Shown in pieces: positions 19,482 to 30,174 of a DNA stretch of 64,000 nucleotides (position 1 is the stretch's first letter; each line of letters opens with the position of its first letter). This stretch comes from Nitrospirae bacterium MYbin3 (GTDB lineage: Bacteria; Nitrospirota; Thermodesulfovibrionia; Thermodesulfovibrionales; Dissulfurispiraceae). Location: contig PEAD01000002.1 of NCBI GenBank assembly GCA_002753335.1, forward strand, positions 62,001 through 126,000, read 5' to 3'. Below the pieces are notes generated by a model. That model had not been told where the DNA came from, ran no database searches, and saw only the letters and a program-made list of their open reading frames with translations. Position numbers and translations under genes: made by a program.

Positions 19482-20625
19482 GCTCATAGCGAAAAACGCT
19501 TTCCGCCATAAACTCCGCACCATGCTCACCATTGCGGGTATCACCATTGCGATTTTGGCTTTCGGGCTTTTGAGGACCGTTGTTGGCGCGTGGTACGCCG
19601 GGGTTGACGCATCTTCAGCAAGCAGGCTTGTTACGAGAAATGCGATATCGCTTATTTTCACGATGCCGATTTCGTATAAAGAGAAGATAAGGCAGATAAG
19701 CGGTGTTAAGCTTGTTTCGTATGGCCGCTGGTTCGGCGGAGTTTATATAGAGCATAAGAACTTTTTCCCTAATTTTGCGGTTGAGGCTAAGAGCTATCTA
19801 GATCTTTATCCTGAGTTCGTTTTGGATGATAACGAAAAGGCCGAGTTTTTAAGAGACCGCAAATCCTGCATTGTGGGCAGAAAGCTTGCCAATCGCTTCG
19901 GTTGGAAGATCGGTGATACCATTCCTCTAAAGGGCATAATATTTCCTGGCGATTACGAATTTGTACTCAAAGGCGTTTATCAGGGCAGGGACAAGAGCAC
20001 CGATGAAACGCAGCTTATTTTTCACTGGGACTACCTGAACGAAAGACTCAAAAAAGATATGCCTTTAAGGGCGGACCAGGCCGGCTTTTACATGATTAGC
20101 ATAGACAATCCGGACCTTGCTCCTTCTGTTTCTGAAGCGGTTGACCGTACTTTCAAAAATTCTCTTGCCGAAACCCTTACAGAAACCGAGAAGGCTTTCC
20201 AAATGAGCTTTGTTTCGATGACCGAGGCTATTGTTATGGCAATAAGAACTGTCTCGTATGTTGTCATTTTTATAATAATGGCGGTGATGGCGAATACAAT
20301 GGCGATGACCGTCAGGGAGCGGTTGGGAGAGTATGCTGTATTTAAGACCCTCGGTTTTGGCGGCAGGCATATCGCGGTTATGATCTTAGGAGAGTCGTTG
20401 GTTATAAGTCTTGTCGGCACAGTAGCCGGCATTGGGCTTACATTTCCGGTGGCAAAGGTTTTTGGCAACGCGCTCGACAATTTCTTCCCAATATTCAATG
20501 TGTCTGCAGAAACTATCTATATGGATATTGCGGCAGGTTTGCTGGTGGGACTATCGGCAGCGGCGCTGCCTGTTTTGCGGGCGGTGCGCGTGCCGATAGC
20601 AGAGGGTCTTCGGAGGATAGGTTGA
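19471..20625 (+). CDS. ABC transporter permease (FtsX/MacB family)
   Basis: 1+3 TM topology with periplasmic domain; VRERLGEYAVFKTLGF. Confidence 0.9.
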   Translation: MSIKLIAKNAFRHKLRTMLTIAGITIAILAFGLLRTVVGAWYAGVDASSASRLVTRNAISLIFTMPISYKEKIRQISGVKLVSYGRWFGGVYIEHKNFFPNFAVEAKSYLDLYPEFVLDDNEKAEFLRDRKSCIVGRKLANRFGWKIGDTIPLKGIIFPGDYEFVLKGVYQGRDKSTDETQLIFHWDYLNERLKKDMPLRADQAGFYMISIDNPDLAPSVSEAVDRTFKNSLAETLTETEKAFQMSFVSMTEAIVMAIRTVSYVVIFIIMAVMANTMAMTVRERLGEYAVFKTLGFGGRHIAVMILGESLVISLVGTVAGIGLTFPVAKVFGNALDNFFPIFNVSAETIYMDIAAGLLVGLSAAALPVLRAVRVPIAEGLRRIG

Positions 20626-21791
20626 TAAAGATACCGCTGTCTTACAGTTTTCGCAACCTTGTTACGCGGAGGCTTACCACAACCCTGACCGCATCAGGAA
20701 TGGCGCTTGTGGTCTTTGTCTTCGCCTCTGTGATGATGCTTGCTGAAGGCTTGAGAAAAACTCTCATCACTACCGGATCTTATGACAATGCTGTGGTAAT
20801 AAGAAAAGGCACGGTGTCGGAAGTCATGAGCGGTGTTGAAAAGAATCAGGCTCTTTTGATAGAAACCCAGCCCGAAATAGCCCTTGGCGAAGACGGTTCT
20901 CCTCTTCTGACAAAAGAGGTGGTCGTAATAATCAGCCTTAACAAGCGGAAGGACGATCAGCCTTCTAATGTCGTGATAAGGGGTGTAGGGGATAAGTCGC
21001 TCAGCCTGCGGCCCCAAGTTAAATTGGTGCAGGGACGCATGCCGAAGCCCGGATCTGCCGAAATTATTGCAGGAAGCAGCATAGCGCAGAGATTTAAAGG
21101 GGGCGGCATCGGCGAAACCCTTAGTTTCGGCGCAAGGGAATGGACCGTCACAGGCATATTCGATGCAGGGAACACAGGCTTCAGCTCCGAGATATGGGGC
21201 GATGCAGACCTGCTGATGCAGGCGTTCAGAAGGCCTGTATATTCATCCATGACATTTAAGCTGCGCGACTCTTCCGAATTTGCGGAATTGAAACAGCGCA
21301 TAGAAAACGACCCTCGCCTCACTCTTGAACTAAAGCGCGAAACCAAATACTATGAAGAGCAATCCGCGATGATGGCAAAGTTTCTCAGGATTTTAGGCAT
21401 TTCGCTTACAATTATTTTTTCTATCGGTGCTGTAATAGGCGCTATGATTACCATGTATGCCGCAGTAGCAGGCAGGACGCCAGAAATAGGCGCTATGCGG
21501 GCGCTCGGCTTTGGCAGGAGAAATATACTCTTCGCATTTTTGGCCGAGGCATTGCTGCTCGGGGCTATAGGTGGATGCGTAGGTTTATTTTTCGCTTCAT
21601 TTATGCAGTTGCTCACGATATCAACGCTTAACTTCCAGACCTTTTCGGAGCTTGCGTTTACCTTTACGCTTACAGGAGAGATTGCAGCCGAGTCCCTTAT
21701 TTTTTCTTTGCTTATGGGATTTGCGGGCGGCGTGCTTCCTGCTTTCAGGGCTGCGCGTATGAATATCGTTGATGCGTTAAGGTCAAGTTGA
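20622..21791 (+). CDS. ABC transporter permease (FtsX/MacB family)
   Basis: RTPEIGAMRALGF and PAFRAAR; paralogous to the preceding gene. Confidence 0.9.
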   Translation: MIKIPLSYSFRNLVTRRLTTTLTASGMALVVFVFASVMMLAEGLRKTLITTGSYDNAVVIRKGTVSEVMSGVEKNQALLIETQPEIALGEDGSPLLTKEVVVIISLNKRKDDQPSNVVIRGVGDKSLSLRPQVKLVQGRMPKPGSAEIIAGSSIAQRFKGGGIGETLSFGAREWTVTGIFDAGNTGFSSEIWGDADLLMQAFRRPVYSSMTFKLRDSSEFAELKQRIENDPRLTLELKRETKYYEEQSAMMAKFLRILGISLTIIFSIGAVIGAMITMYAAVAGRTPEIGAMRALGFGRRNILFAFLAEALLLGAIGGCVGLFFASFMQLLTISTLNFQTFSELAFTFTLTGEIAAESLIFSLLMGFAGGVLPAFRAARMNIVDALRSS

Positions 21792-21797
21792 ACAGAA

Positions 21798-22850
21798 CTA
21801 CCTGTCTTTCATTAGCTGCAGGTAGCAGTGTTCGGTTCTTATGTTGTCAAAATCAAAATCTTTTTTTATAGAACCAAAACCTTTGTATCCTTCCTCTATG
21901 CTCTTAGACAGAAATTCGCAGGCTTTCGTAGCATCTTTAAGGATTGAATAAAAGCCGGCCAAGCCATAATAGTACTGGTAATCTTTCTGCCCCTTTAAGC
22001 GTTCGCTTCTTTGAAAGTCATCCAGCCCTTCACCAATCTGCCCCAATCTGGCCATTAGTGTTCCTCTGAGCAGATACACATTTGCATCTTTGCTGTTTAG
22101 TTCGACAGCTCTGTTTAAATCTTTCAGCGAGGATTGAAAGCTTTTTAAGTAATAAAATCCCATGCCCCTGCTGAAATAAGCGTAGGCATTGCCGGGTTCA
22201 AGCTCGATTGCCCTGCTTAAGTCAGAAATTGCTTTTTCATACTGTTCTGTTTCTGAGTATGCGATGCCTCTAAGAACATAGGCATCAGCATTGTTAGGTT
22301 CAAGTTTTATTGCTTTGTTAAGATCCTGAATGCCTCTGTCATGTTGTCCGTTTTCTATGTAAGCCACACCACGTTCAATGTACGCCCTCGCATTCTGCGG
22401 CTCTGCGGTAGATGCCTGTTCAGCCCGCTCTTTTTGCTCCTGTATGAATTTTTTGAGCGCGGATGCTTCACTATTTTTGGGATCAAACTTTAATGCTCTG
22501 TTTAAATCTACAAGCGCCCGCTCGTATTGTTCTTTGCCAGCATAAGCGCGGCCTCTTTCGACATAAGCACGGACATAATACGGTTTTAATTCAATGGCGC
22601 TGCTAAAATCCTGAATTGCTCTGTCGAATTGTTTTTTGGTCGAGTAAGCAAGTCCTCTTTCGAAATGGGACTGAGCATTTGACGGCTCAAGTTTGAGGCT
22701 GTTTGTTAGATGGCTAACAGCCGCGTCATAATCATGTAAATCTGCGGCTTTGCTCAGCAGAGGCATGGTTAAAAACAATAAAATCGAAGCTAAGGCGGAC
22801 GCATAACGCAGGGAAGTTTTTCTTTTGCAAAAAACAGAATCGGACAGCAT
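21798..22850 (-). CDS. Exported tetratricopeptide-repeat protein
   Basis: Signal-like N-terminus; multiple 34-aa TPR units; C-terminal DFDFDNIR cap. Confidence 0.85.
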   Translation of the reverse strand: MLSDSVFCKRKTSLRYASALASILLFLTMPLLSKAADLHDYDAAVSHLTNSLKLEPSNAQSHFERGLAYSTKKQFDRAIQDFSSAIELKPYYVRAYVERGRAYAGKEQYERALVDLNRALKFDPKNSEASALKKFIQEQKERAEQASTAEPQNARAYIERGVAYIENGQHDRGIQDLNKAIKLEPNNADAYVLRGIAYSETEQYEKAISDLSRAIELEPGNAYAYFSRGMGFYYLKSFQSSLKDLNRAVELNSKDANVYLLRGTLMARLGQIGEGLDDFQRSERLKGQKDYQYYYGLAGFYSILKDATKACEFLSKSIEEGYKGFGSIKKDFDFDNIRTEHCYLQLMKDR

Positions 22851-22912
22851 AATTTATACAATAGCTAAGTTGTGGAGAAATTGCCAATGCCGCAAATTGA
22901 TTCGAAAAAATC

Positions 22913-22940
22913 TTGACTTTAAGGCGATGAAAATTATAAT
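22913..22940 (+). promoter_or_regulatory. Sigma70 promoter of tRNA-Phe
   Basis: TTGACT-N16-TATAAT, 12 nt upstream of the tRNA. Confidence 0.8.
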
Positions 22941-22952
22941 GTTTATGTTTAT

Positions 22953-23028
22953 GGGCAGTTAGCTCAGTCGGTAGAGCAAGGGCCTGAAAAGCCCTGTGTC
23001 CGCAGTTCGATTCTGCGACTGCCCACCA
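22953..23028 (+). tRNA. tRNA-Phe(GAA)
   Basis: 76 nt; GGGCAGT/ACTGCCC acceptor stem, AGCTCAGTCGGTAGAGC D-arm, AGGGC-CTGAAAA-GCCCT anticodon arm, GTTCGATTC T-loop, encoded CCA. Confidence 0.97.
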
Positions 23029-23053
23029 TCCACCCCAATTTAGGGAAAACGAG

Positions 23054-24292
23054 ATGAAACTCCAGAGCTTATTCGGATTGTTCGCTATTGCAGGAATTGC
23101 ATGGCTGCTGAGCGAAAACAGGTCCAAGGTTAAATGGAAAAGCGTAGTTGCCGGCATTTTGCTTCAAATAGCAATAGCCGGAATAATGCTGAATGTACCG
23201 GTCTTTAAAGATTTTTTTCTTGTTTTGAATCGTATGGTAATAGCGCTTGAAGATGCTTCTAAAGCAGGAACATCTTTTGTGTTTGGTTATCTCGGCGGCG
23301 GCACAATCCCTTTTGATGAAAAATCACCCGGAGCATCTTTTATCCTTGCGTTTCAGGCATTGCCTCTTGTTCTCGTCATTGGGGCGCTATCTTCGCTGCT
23401 TTTTTACTGGCGCGTTCTGCCTTATGTGGTAAGGGGCCTTTCGTTAGCTCTTCAAAAGGCTCTTAATATCGGCGGCGCCTTGAGCCTTGGCTGTTCCACT
23501 ACCATCTTTTTAGGCATGGTTGAGTCGCCCCTGCTCATAAAGCCTTATCTGAAGCAGATGACCAGAAGTGAGTTGTTTACTCTTATGACATGCGGTATGG
23601 CCTGCATAGCAGGTACGGTTATGGTGCTGTATTCCACAATCCTTAAGGGCGTTATTCCAGACCCAATGGGGCATATACTAATAGCATCGCTTATCCACGC
23701 TTCGGCAGCTATTACCATATCGAGGATTATGATTCCGGAAACAGGAGAGCAGACTACAGGCAGCCTTATGCCCGGGCAGACCGCTTCTAACTCTATGGAT
23801 GCAATTGTAAAAGGCACTCTCGACGGATTACATCTGCTGCTTAACATTATTGCGATGCTGGTTGTGATGGTTGCGCTTGTGTATCTGGCGAATCAATGCC
23901 TCGGACTATTGCCCAATATTAGCGGAACACCTATTACATTACAGCGGCTGCTTGGATATCTGATGTCTCCTATCGTTTGGCTGTTCGGAATCCCCTGGTC
24001 CGAAGCACAGGCTGCAGGCGCACTGATGGGCACAAAAACTATGCTGAACGAACTCCTTGCATATATAGAACTTGCAAAACTTCCGCCGGAAGTCTTAAGT
24101 CCAAGAAGCAGGCTTATAATGACGTATGCATTGTGCAGTTTTGCTAACTTTGGCAGCCTCGGCATACTTATAGGCGGTCTCGGCAGCATGGTGCCCGAAA
24201 GACGTGACGAAGTTGTCTCTTTAGGCGTTAAAGCATTAATAGCAGGAACAATTGCGACCTGCATGACCGGTGCGATTGTAGGTCTGTTTTAA
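23054..24292 (+). CDS. CNT-family (NupC-like) nucleoside:cation symporter
   Basis: WLLSENR, AGTSFVFG, FQALP, NELLAY and YALCSFANFGSLGI motifs. Confidence 0.92.
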   Translation: MKLQSLFGLFAIAGIAWLLSENRSKVKWKSVVAGILLQIAIAGIMLNVPVFKDFFLVLNRMVIALEDASKAGTSFVFGYLGGGTIPFDEKSPGASFILAFQALPLVLVIGALSSLLFYWRVLPYVVRGLSLALQKALNIGGALSLGCSTTIFLGMVESPLLIKPYLKQMTRSELFTLMTCGMACIAGTVMVLYSTILKGVIPDPMGHILIASLIHASAAITISRIMIPETGEQTTGSLMPGQTASNSMDAIVKGTLDGLHLLLNIIAMLVVMVALVYLANQCLGLLPNISGTPITLQRLLGYLMSPIVWLFGIPWSEAQAAGALMGTKTMLNELLAYIELAKLPPEVLSPRSRLIMTYALCSFANFGSLGILIGGLGSMVPERRDEVVSLGVKALIAGTIATCMTGAIVGLF

Positions 24293-24380
24293 TTTACTTT
24301 TTCTCTTGCATTATTGTTTTTTTTAGGTTATTGTATAGCCTAATTGGTTAAGAGACTTATTCCTGTTTAAAAGGGGTAGT

Positions 24381-25778
24381 GTGGCTAAGAAGGTATCTGT
24401 AAGTTTCGAGAACGAAGTTGTCAAAGTTGTTTATGCCTCTCCTTCAAGCGGGGGAGTTACGGTCGAATCTCATCTCACTATGAAAGACGAGGAGTTCGAC
24501 GAGTTTCTTAAAACCGAAAAAGCACGCCGCTTTACAGTAACCGCAAATTTTAAAAGAACATATCAAGATATTATCACTTTGCCTCCGGCCAAGGACAAAA
24601 TCCTTGGCAAGCTTGTAGAGCTTGATATAAAAAAGAAGGCGCCCGATTTAGGCGAGATAGCCTTCTTCTACTCTGTTCTCAATGATATGATCGAAGAGGG
24701 CAGGAAGGTAATTTCTGTGTTTGTTTATGCGGTTAGCAGTGAAGAGCTGTCGCAGATATTCCAAAGATTCACAAGATGCGGAAAGATTGTTGATGATCTC
24801 TACCCTGACTCGCTTTTGCTGTCCTGTCTTAACATGACCGGCGAAAGAGCGGCAGATCCGGCTAATGTTTATGTGAGTGAAAGCGGAAGCATTAAAAATA
24901 TTATGCTTACCGAAAGCGGCAAGGTTTATTTTATGCGCAGTTTTCAGTCGTCAGAAAGCGGAATAAATGATACTGATGTGCAGAATATAAACATGACGCT
25001 GAATTATTGCAGGCAGACACTCAGAAAGAATCCGGTGGCGGTGACATTTGTTGGGAGCGCGGCATACAGCTATACCGCAAATATCGCACTTGCAGCTCCT
25101 CCTTGCTGCTCCACCCACAGCATAAATTCAAATCTGTCCGCAGAAAAATCTGCAGAATATTTAGCTCCCATAGCGGCACTGATGTCTCTTGCAGATATTT
25201 CCAAATACAGTTTTTTGCCTGAAGATACGAAGGCTGTACGTTTGCAGAAGACTATTATGCTTTACAGCTCTTGTGCTCTTATCGTTATAGCAATTGCGGG
25301 CGGCGCTTATTTGAATAAACTTTCTTCGGAGCGCAAACAGGCTGAAGACAATATAACAGCAATCAGAAATGAGATAGCACAGATGGGGTCGGTTGCTGCC
25401 AACTACAAAGCTAAGGCTGATGAAATACAGAAAGTGATGCCGAGAATACAGTTTATCAATGATATAAATTCTGCTCCTGACATGAAAAAGACATTAATAA
25501 TTTTGTCAGAGATTGCTCCTGCAAAGCTCAACTTGCCTACTATCGTTTTTTCCTCAATCCAGATTGCGCGTGAGGATAAGACAACCAAACTGAGCATGAA
25601 AGGGAATATAAAATCATTTACTTACATTGAGCTTGAGACCACATACGCAAAACTTCTTGAAGCTTTGAAGGGTAAGGGATTGGAAGTGACCTCAAAAAAT
25701 ATGTCTATTCAGGAAAAGACCTTTCAGATTGAGGCGCGCATTAGCGCAAGTCCTGCTGTTGGAGGTCCAACAAAATGA
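24381..25778 (+). CDS. PilM/PilN-like (GspL-type) fused pilus alignment protein
   Basis: Large cytoplasmic domain, one TM, coiled coil and short periplasmic domain; first gene of the secretin/ATPase cluster. Family inferred from architecture and context. Confidence 0.6.
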   Translation: MAKKVSVSFENEVVKVVYASPSSGGVTVESHLTMKDEEFDEFLKTEKARRFTVTANFKRTYQDIITLPPAKDKILGKLVELDIKKKAPDLGEIAFFYSVLNDMIEEGRKVISVFVYAVSSEELSQIFQRFTRCGKIVDDLYPDSLLLSCLNMTGERAADPANVYVSESGSIKNIMLTESGKVYFMRSFQSSESGINDTDVQNINMTLNYCRQTLRKNPVAVTFVGSAAYSYTANIALAAPPCCSTHSINSNLSAEKSAEYLAPIAALMSLADISKYSFLPEDTKAVRLQKTIMLYSSCALIVIAIAGGAYLNKLSSERKQAEDNITAIRNEIAQMGSVAANYKAKADEIQKVMPRIQFINDINSAPDMKKTLIILSEIAPAKLNLPTIVFSSIQIAREDKTTKLSMKGNIKSFTYIELETTYAKLLEALKGKGLEVTSKNMSIQEKTFQIEARISASPAVGGPTK

Positions 25779-26305
25779 CCATCCCGTTTTTTAAAAGAAT
25801 CGATCTTAAATTTACGATTTTTTATATCTGCTCTATTTTGATTTTGACCGGTGTGATAATAGCTATATCTCTCGCAATACGTCATAAGCAAGCCCTTGCT
25901 GAGGATATAATAAGCCTGCAGAACATTAAATCCAACCTTGTCAAGATGAAAAATGCCCCTGAGATTATAAATGCTGCACTGGAGGATATTAAAAAAGCTA
26001 TCCCTGAGAAGGATATAAAAACTCCAGAAGTTCTGGTCTTTGCGGCAGTTGATGAACTGAAGGCCAAGTTCGAAGGCAGCGATGTTTCATTTACAGCTAT
26101 AGAAAATAAGGGCGTTGAAATTATAATGCCGGTAACCATTAAAGGCTCTTTTGACGATTATACCGATTTTACTAATAAAGTAGGCAATCTTCAGGCATGG
26201 AAAACTCCTTTTTTTGTGATAGATTCAATCTCGCTTACGGAAGGCAAAGGCAACACATCGGTTGCTTTTGAGTTGAAAGCCAGAATAAGGACCATTAAGG
26301 GCTGA
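25775..26305 (+). CDS. PilO/GspM-like alignment protein
   Basis: Single TM, coiled coil, C-terminal ITIKGSFDD-type ferredoxin-like pattern; context. Confidence 0.55.
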   Translation: MTIPFFKRIDLKFTIFYICSILILTGVIIAISLAIRHKQALAEDIISLQNIKSNLVKMKNAPEIINAALEDIKKAIPEKDIKTPEVLVFAAVDELKAKFEGSDVSFTAIENKGVEIIMPVTIKGSFDDYTDFTNKVGNLQAWKTPFFVIDSISLTEGKGNTSVAFELKARIRTIKG

Positions 26306-26306
26306 T

Positions 26307-26798
26307 ATGGGAATGCTACAGAAATTTATAGCTTTTATGATTGTTCCGCTTCTTTTGCTGCCACTAGGGTATTATTTGTCAAAAAAAATAAATGTAGGGA
26401 CTTCTCTTGCACCTGCCGAAAAAAGCGTGCAGTCTTTTAAGCAGGATGATGTGAAGGTTGTGGCGCAAGAAATAGCGGCCGACGCGAAAAACATTCAGAG
26501 CCCTATTGAGCTTAAAATACCCGAGAAAAAGGTTGCAGAGAAAAAGGGTTCTAAAAAGAGCTATCCCAAAGACTCGTTGGCAGCCATTACAGCACAGGCC
26601 GACAAGATAAAAGAGCCTGTGGAGGAAGTTATAAAACTGAATCTTACCCTTACTAGGCAGGATAAAAAGATGGCGGTAATAAATGGGAATCTGGTACAGG
26701 AAGGCGGCCAGTTCCAAGATACCAAAGTCGAAAAGATTGAGCGCAATAAAGTTTTACTAAAAGACAAAAAGGGGGAAAAATGGTTGATAATGGAGTAG
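26307..26798 (+). CDS. MshK/PilP-like protein
   Basis: N-terminal TM and C-terminal MAVINGNLVQEGG..VEKIERNKVLL; immediately precedes the secretin. Confidence 0.6.
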   Translation: MGMLQKFIAFMIVPLLLLPLGYYLSKKINVGTSLAPAEKSVQSFKQDDVKVVAQEIAADAKNIQSPIELKIPEKKVAEKKGSKKSYPKDSLAAITAQADKIKEPVEEVIKLNLTLTRQDKKMAVINGNLVQEGGQFQDTKVEKIERNKVLLKDKKGEKWLIME

Positions 26799-28501
26799 GC
26801 TCCAAAAAGTTCAAACTGCGGAGGTCTCTCGCTATAACGGGAGTATTTTTAACCGCTTGCGTTTTTCTATTGTCGTCATGCAAGTCGTCTCCGTTTGATG
26901 TTAAAAGGGAGATAGCGATTCCCAAAGAGGCAAAAGAAACAAAGCGCGACAAGCCTATCCCCCCAAAGCCTGAAGCGCCTGAGTTTGTGGCTGTAAGCGA
27001 AGATGCATCTCCTTTAAAGACCAGGATGATCGATATTGTGGCGAAGAATATCGCGCTTGGCGATGTTCTTAATGTAATAGCCGAGGCTACGAATCTGAAT
27101 CTTTCTCTTGATAAAGATGTTGATACCGGAAAGACATTGAGCCTGAATCTTAAGAATGTTACGGCCGAAGATGCTTTGAACACAGTATTTACATCTTTCG
27201 ATTATTACTGGACCCTTAAAAACAATATGCTGATTGTAAGGGCTGTTGACACTAAGATTTTTGAGATTGGACACCCGGCAGTAACCCAAACTCTCGATAT
27301 TGACATTGGCGGCGATATTATTGGAGGCGCAATGTCTGCAGCAGGCGGAGGCGCAAGCAATATAAAAGGAAATATAACTCAGAAGATTGCATCTGATAAG
27401 TCTGGATTAGATTTCTGGACCGCTATAGAAGGCTCTATAGGAAATATTATGGGAGCGAGCTGCGGAAGTGGTGGAGGCGGTGCTGCAAGATCTCAGTCTG
27501 CTCCTGCTCAATCACAGCAGTCTGCACAGCCCGCAGCCCAGGCGCTGCTTCAGTCCCAATCGCAGGGAATACAGTTAAGTGGTCCTTCTCAGGCCAGCCC
27601 GGTTTCAGCTGCTCGTGAAACTTGCAGTGTGAACAAGATGGCCGGAACCATAATGATTACGACCACAAAGCGCAACATGGAGAAGATAGAGCAGTATATT
27701 AATGTTGTTAAAAAAGTGCTTAACCGGCAGGTTGTGGTTGAAGCCAAGATAATAGAGGTTAATCTGAATAATAATTTAACTTTTGGCATTGACTGGTCAG
27801 CTGTTAGGCATTCTATAGCCAGCTCCGACAGACTTGCTGCAAGCACTATGTCAACCCTTACCACACCTACCTTAACAACGAGCGGAGGTTTTTCGAGCGT
27901 ACTCTCTACCGGATCCTTTTTTACTGCCCGGTGGGGCAGGGGCGATATGTTTCAGGTCTTGTTGAATGCATTACAAACGCAGGGCGACATAAGGACTCTC
28001 TCTAATCCTAGGATAAACCTTATGAATGGCCAGACCGCCTTGTTGGGCGTAGGGCGCAGCAGAACATACCTTGCAAAAATACAAACTAATGTAACTGCAG
28101 GTACCACAACAACAACATCAACATAATCAGAGGACAGAACCGTATTGTCAGGCTTGATGATAGGGATAGTTCCATACATAAATGATGCTGGTGAGATTAC
28201 CTTGACCGTAACCCCGATAATTTCTGAGCTTAATTCTCTCGATACTATTGCTTTGGCTGGCGGTAATACAATACAGCTGCCAACAATAGATTTAAGGGAG
28301 ATGAGCACAACCGTGAAGGTCAAGGATGATGAAGTGGTTGTGATCGGCGGTCTGATCAAGAGGAATGAAGGAGTTCAAGACAAGCAGGTTCCTTTATTGG
28401 GAAGCATTCCGTTGATAGGCAATCTTTTTAAGAGCAAAACAAAAACCGATGAAAAGACCGAGCTTGTTGTGATAATTCATCCGGTGCTGGTATCAAGATA
28501 A
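26780..28501 (+). pseudogene. MshL-type secretin interrupted by one in-frame TAA at 28124-28126 (pseudogene, split gene or sequence error)
   Basis: Lipobox LLSSC, STN-like domain, QVVVEAKIIEV, LSNPRI, then in the same frame GGLI..VPLLGSIPLIGNLFK..ELVVIIHP. Confidence 0.85.
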
Positions 28502-28520
28502 ATATAAAGGGTATTCACGA

Positions 28521-30167
28521 ATGGCGACAATAAGAATAGGAGACCTGCTTAAGTCCAGAGGACTTATAAGCGATAAACAGCTCGGCATCGCGCTGATTCA
28601 GCAGAGGGTAACAGGAGATCTGCTTGGCGACGCCATCATAAAATTAGGCTTTGTTTCTTCAAAAGAAATGGCCTATATTCTGGCCGAACAGTCAAGCATT
28701 CCATTCGTTGACCTAACAGAATACCAGATACCCGAAGCTGCATTGCGTGCAGTTCCTAAAGAGGTTGCGGCCAAGTCAAGATTTATACCGCTCGATTATG
28801 TTGACGGAAAGCTCACAATAGGCATCATTAATTCAAGCAACATCATGGCGGTTGATGCTGCCGCAAGGATTACCAAGACAAATCCTTCAGTCTGCATAGT
28901 TGATTCTGACGGATTTGATGACTATCTTGAAACAGCTTATTTCTTTTTAGAAAATCCGATCCAGAAACAGTTTGACGAAAACGTCAAGTCTATTACAACC
29001 ACAGGAACGGTGACAGGCCCGATTATTACGGCGCTGACAGACCTTATGATAATGGACGGCATAAGAAGAAGCACGACAGACATTCATATCACACCTCTAA
29101 ACGACATAGTACATATTTTTTATAGGGTTGACGGTGTTCTGCAGTATGGCCACGGAGTTCCCAAAGTTGCACAGAGCGGTATTATATCCAGAATAAAAAT
29201 CCTGTCACAGCTTGATATAGCTGAGCAAAGGCTGCCTCAGGACGGAGCGATGACCTTTACCTTCCTGAACAGGAAATATGATATCCGTGTTTCGACCATT
29301 CCAACGATATACGGAGAAAACACTGTTTTAAGAATACTGCCGGTTTCTCTTAGTCTTGCAAATCTTGATAGATTGGGGTTTGATGAAGCCAACATAAAAA
29401 ATATCAAGAAATTGTTCAAGAAGCCTTTTGGGATTATTCTTGTAACAGGCCCTACGGGAAGCGGAAAAACTACAACGCTCTATGCAGCTCTCCGTGAAAT
29501 AAATATTTTAGAAAGAAATGTGCTTACGGTTGAAGACCCTGTCGAATACAAGCTTGCGTTTGTAAAGCAGACTCAGGTAAATGAAAAGGCCGGTTTTGAT
29601 TTCGCGCTCGCAGGAAGAAACTTTATGCGTCAGGACCCTGATGTAATACTTCTTGGTGAAATAAGAGATGAAGAGACCGCAAAAATAGCGATCAGAGCTT
29701 CGATAACAGGACATCTTGTGATTTCAACTCTGCATGCCAACGATGCCACTACCGCTGTTCCGCGTCTGCTAGACCTAGGCATAGACAGATTCCTGCTGTC
29801 CACATCCATTCTTGCTGTTGTTTCTCAGAGGCTGATAAGAAAATTATGCCAGTCTTGCAAGACCGCTTATGAGCTTGATAATGAGGAATCTGCAGTCTTC
29901 AAAGAATACGGTTTTAGTCTTACAAATGCATTTAAAGAGAAGGGTTGTCCGAAATGCTCAGGTTCTGGCTTTGCCGGCAGAACAGTTATCGGTGAAATCA
30001 TGGTTATAGATGACGAAATAAAAGAGCTTATATTCTCTGGCGCATCGGTTACGAAAATAACGGAAGCCGCGATTCGAAAAGGCATGAAGGTTTTCAAAAG
30101 TGAGGGTCTAAGAAAGGCATCTCTCGGTATAACCTCGCTCGAAGAGGTATTGAGAGTTACTGGTTAA
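28521..30167 (+). CDS. GspE/PilB/MshE assembly ATPase with an N-terminal MshEN domain
   Basis: RIGDLLKSRGLIS..QL..AL..Q, GPTGSGKTT, RQDPDVILLGEIRD, TGHLV and two CxxC. Confidence 0.93.
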   Translation: MATIRIGDLLKSRGLISDKQLGIALIQQRVTGDLLGDAIIKLGFVSSKEMAYILAEQSSIPFVDLTEYQIPEAALRAVPKEVAAKSRFIPLDYVDGKLTIGIINSSNIMAVDAAARITKTNPSVCIVDSDGFDDYLETAYFFLENPIQKQFDENVKSITTTGTVTGPIITALTDLMIMDGIRRSTTDIHITPLNDIVHIFYRVDGVLQYGHGVPKVAQSGIISRIKILSQLDIAEQRLPQDGAMTFTFLNRKYDIRVSTIPTIYGENTVLRILPVSLSLANLDRLGFDEANIKNIKKLFKKPFGIILVTGPTGSGKTTTLYAALREINILERNVLTVEDPVEYKLAFVKQTQVNEKAGFDFALAGRNFMRQDPDVILLGEIRDEETAKIAIRASITGHLVISTLHANDATTAVPRLLDLGIDRFLLSTSILAVVSQRLIRKLCQSCKTAYELDNEESAVFKEYGFSLTNAFKEKGCPKCSGSGFAGRTVIGEIMVIDDEIKELIFSGASVTKITEAAIRKGMKVFKSEGLRKASLGITSLEEVLRVTG

Positions 30168-30174
30168 CCAAGTA

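Noticed and set aside
22953..23060. tRNA-Phe as the integration site of an island
   Set aside because: No integrase nearby, no duplicated tRNA 3' end noticed, and flanking genes look native.
28124..28126. Stop-codon reassignment or Sec/Pyl at the secretin stop
   Set aside because: The codon is TAA, which ends many normal genes here; Sec and Pyl use TGA and TAG.
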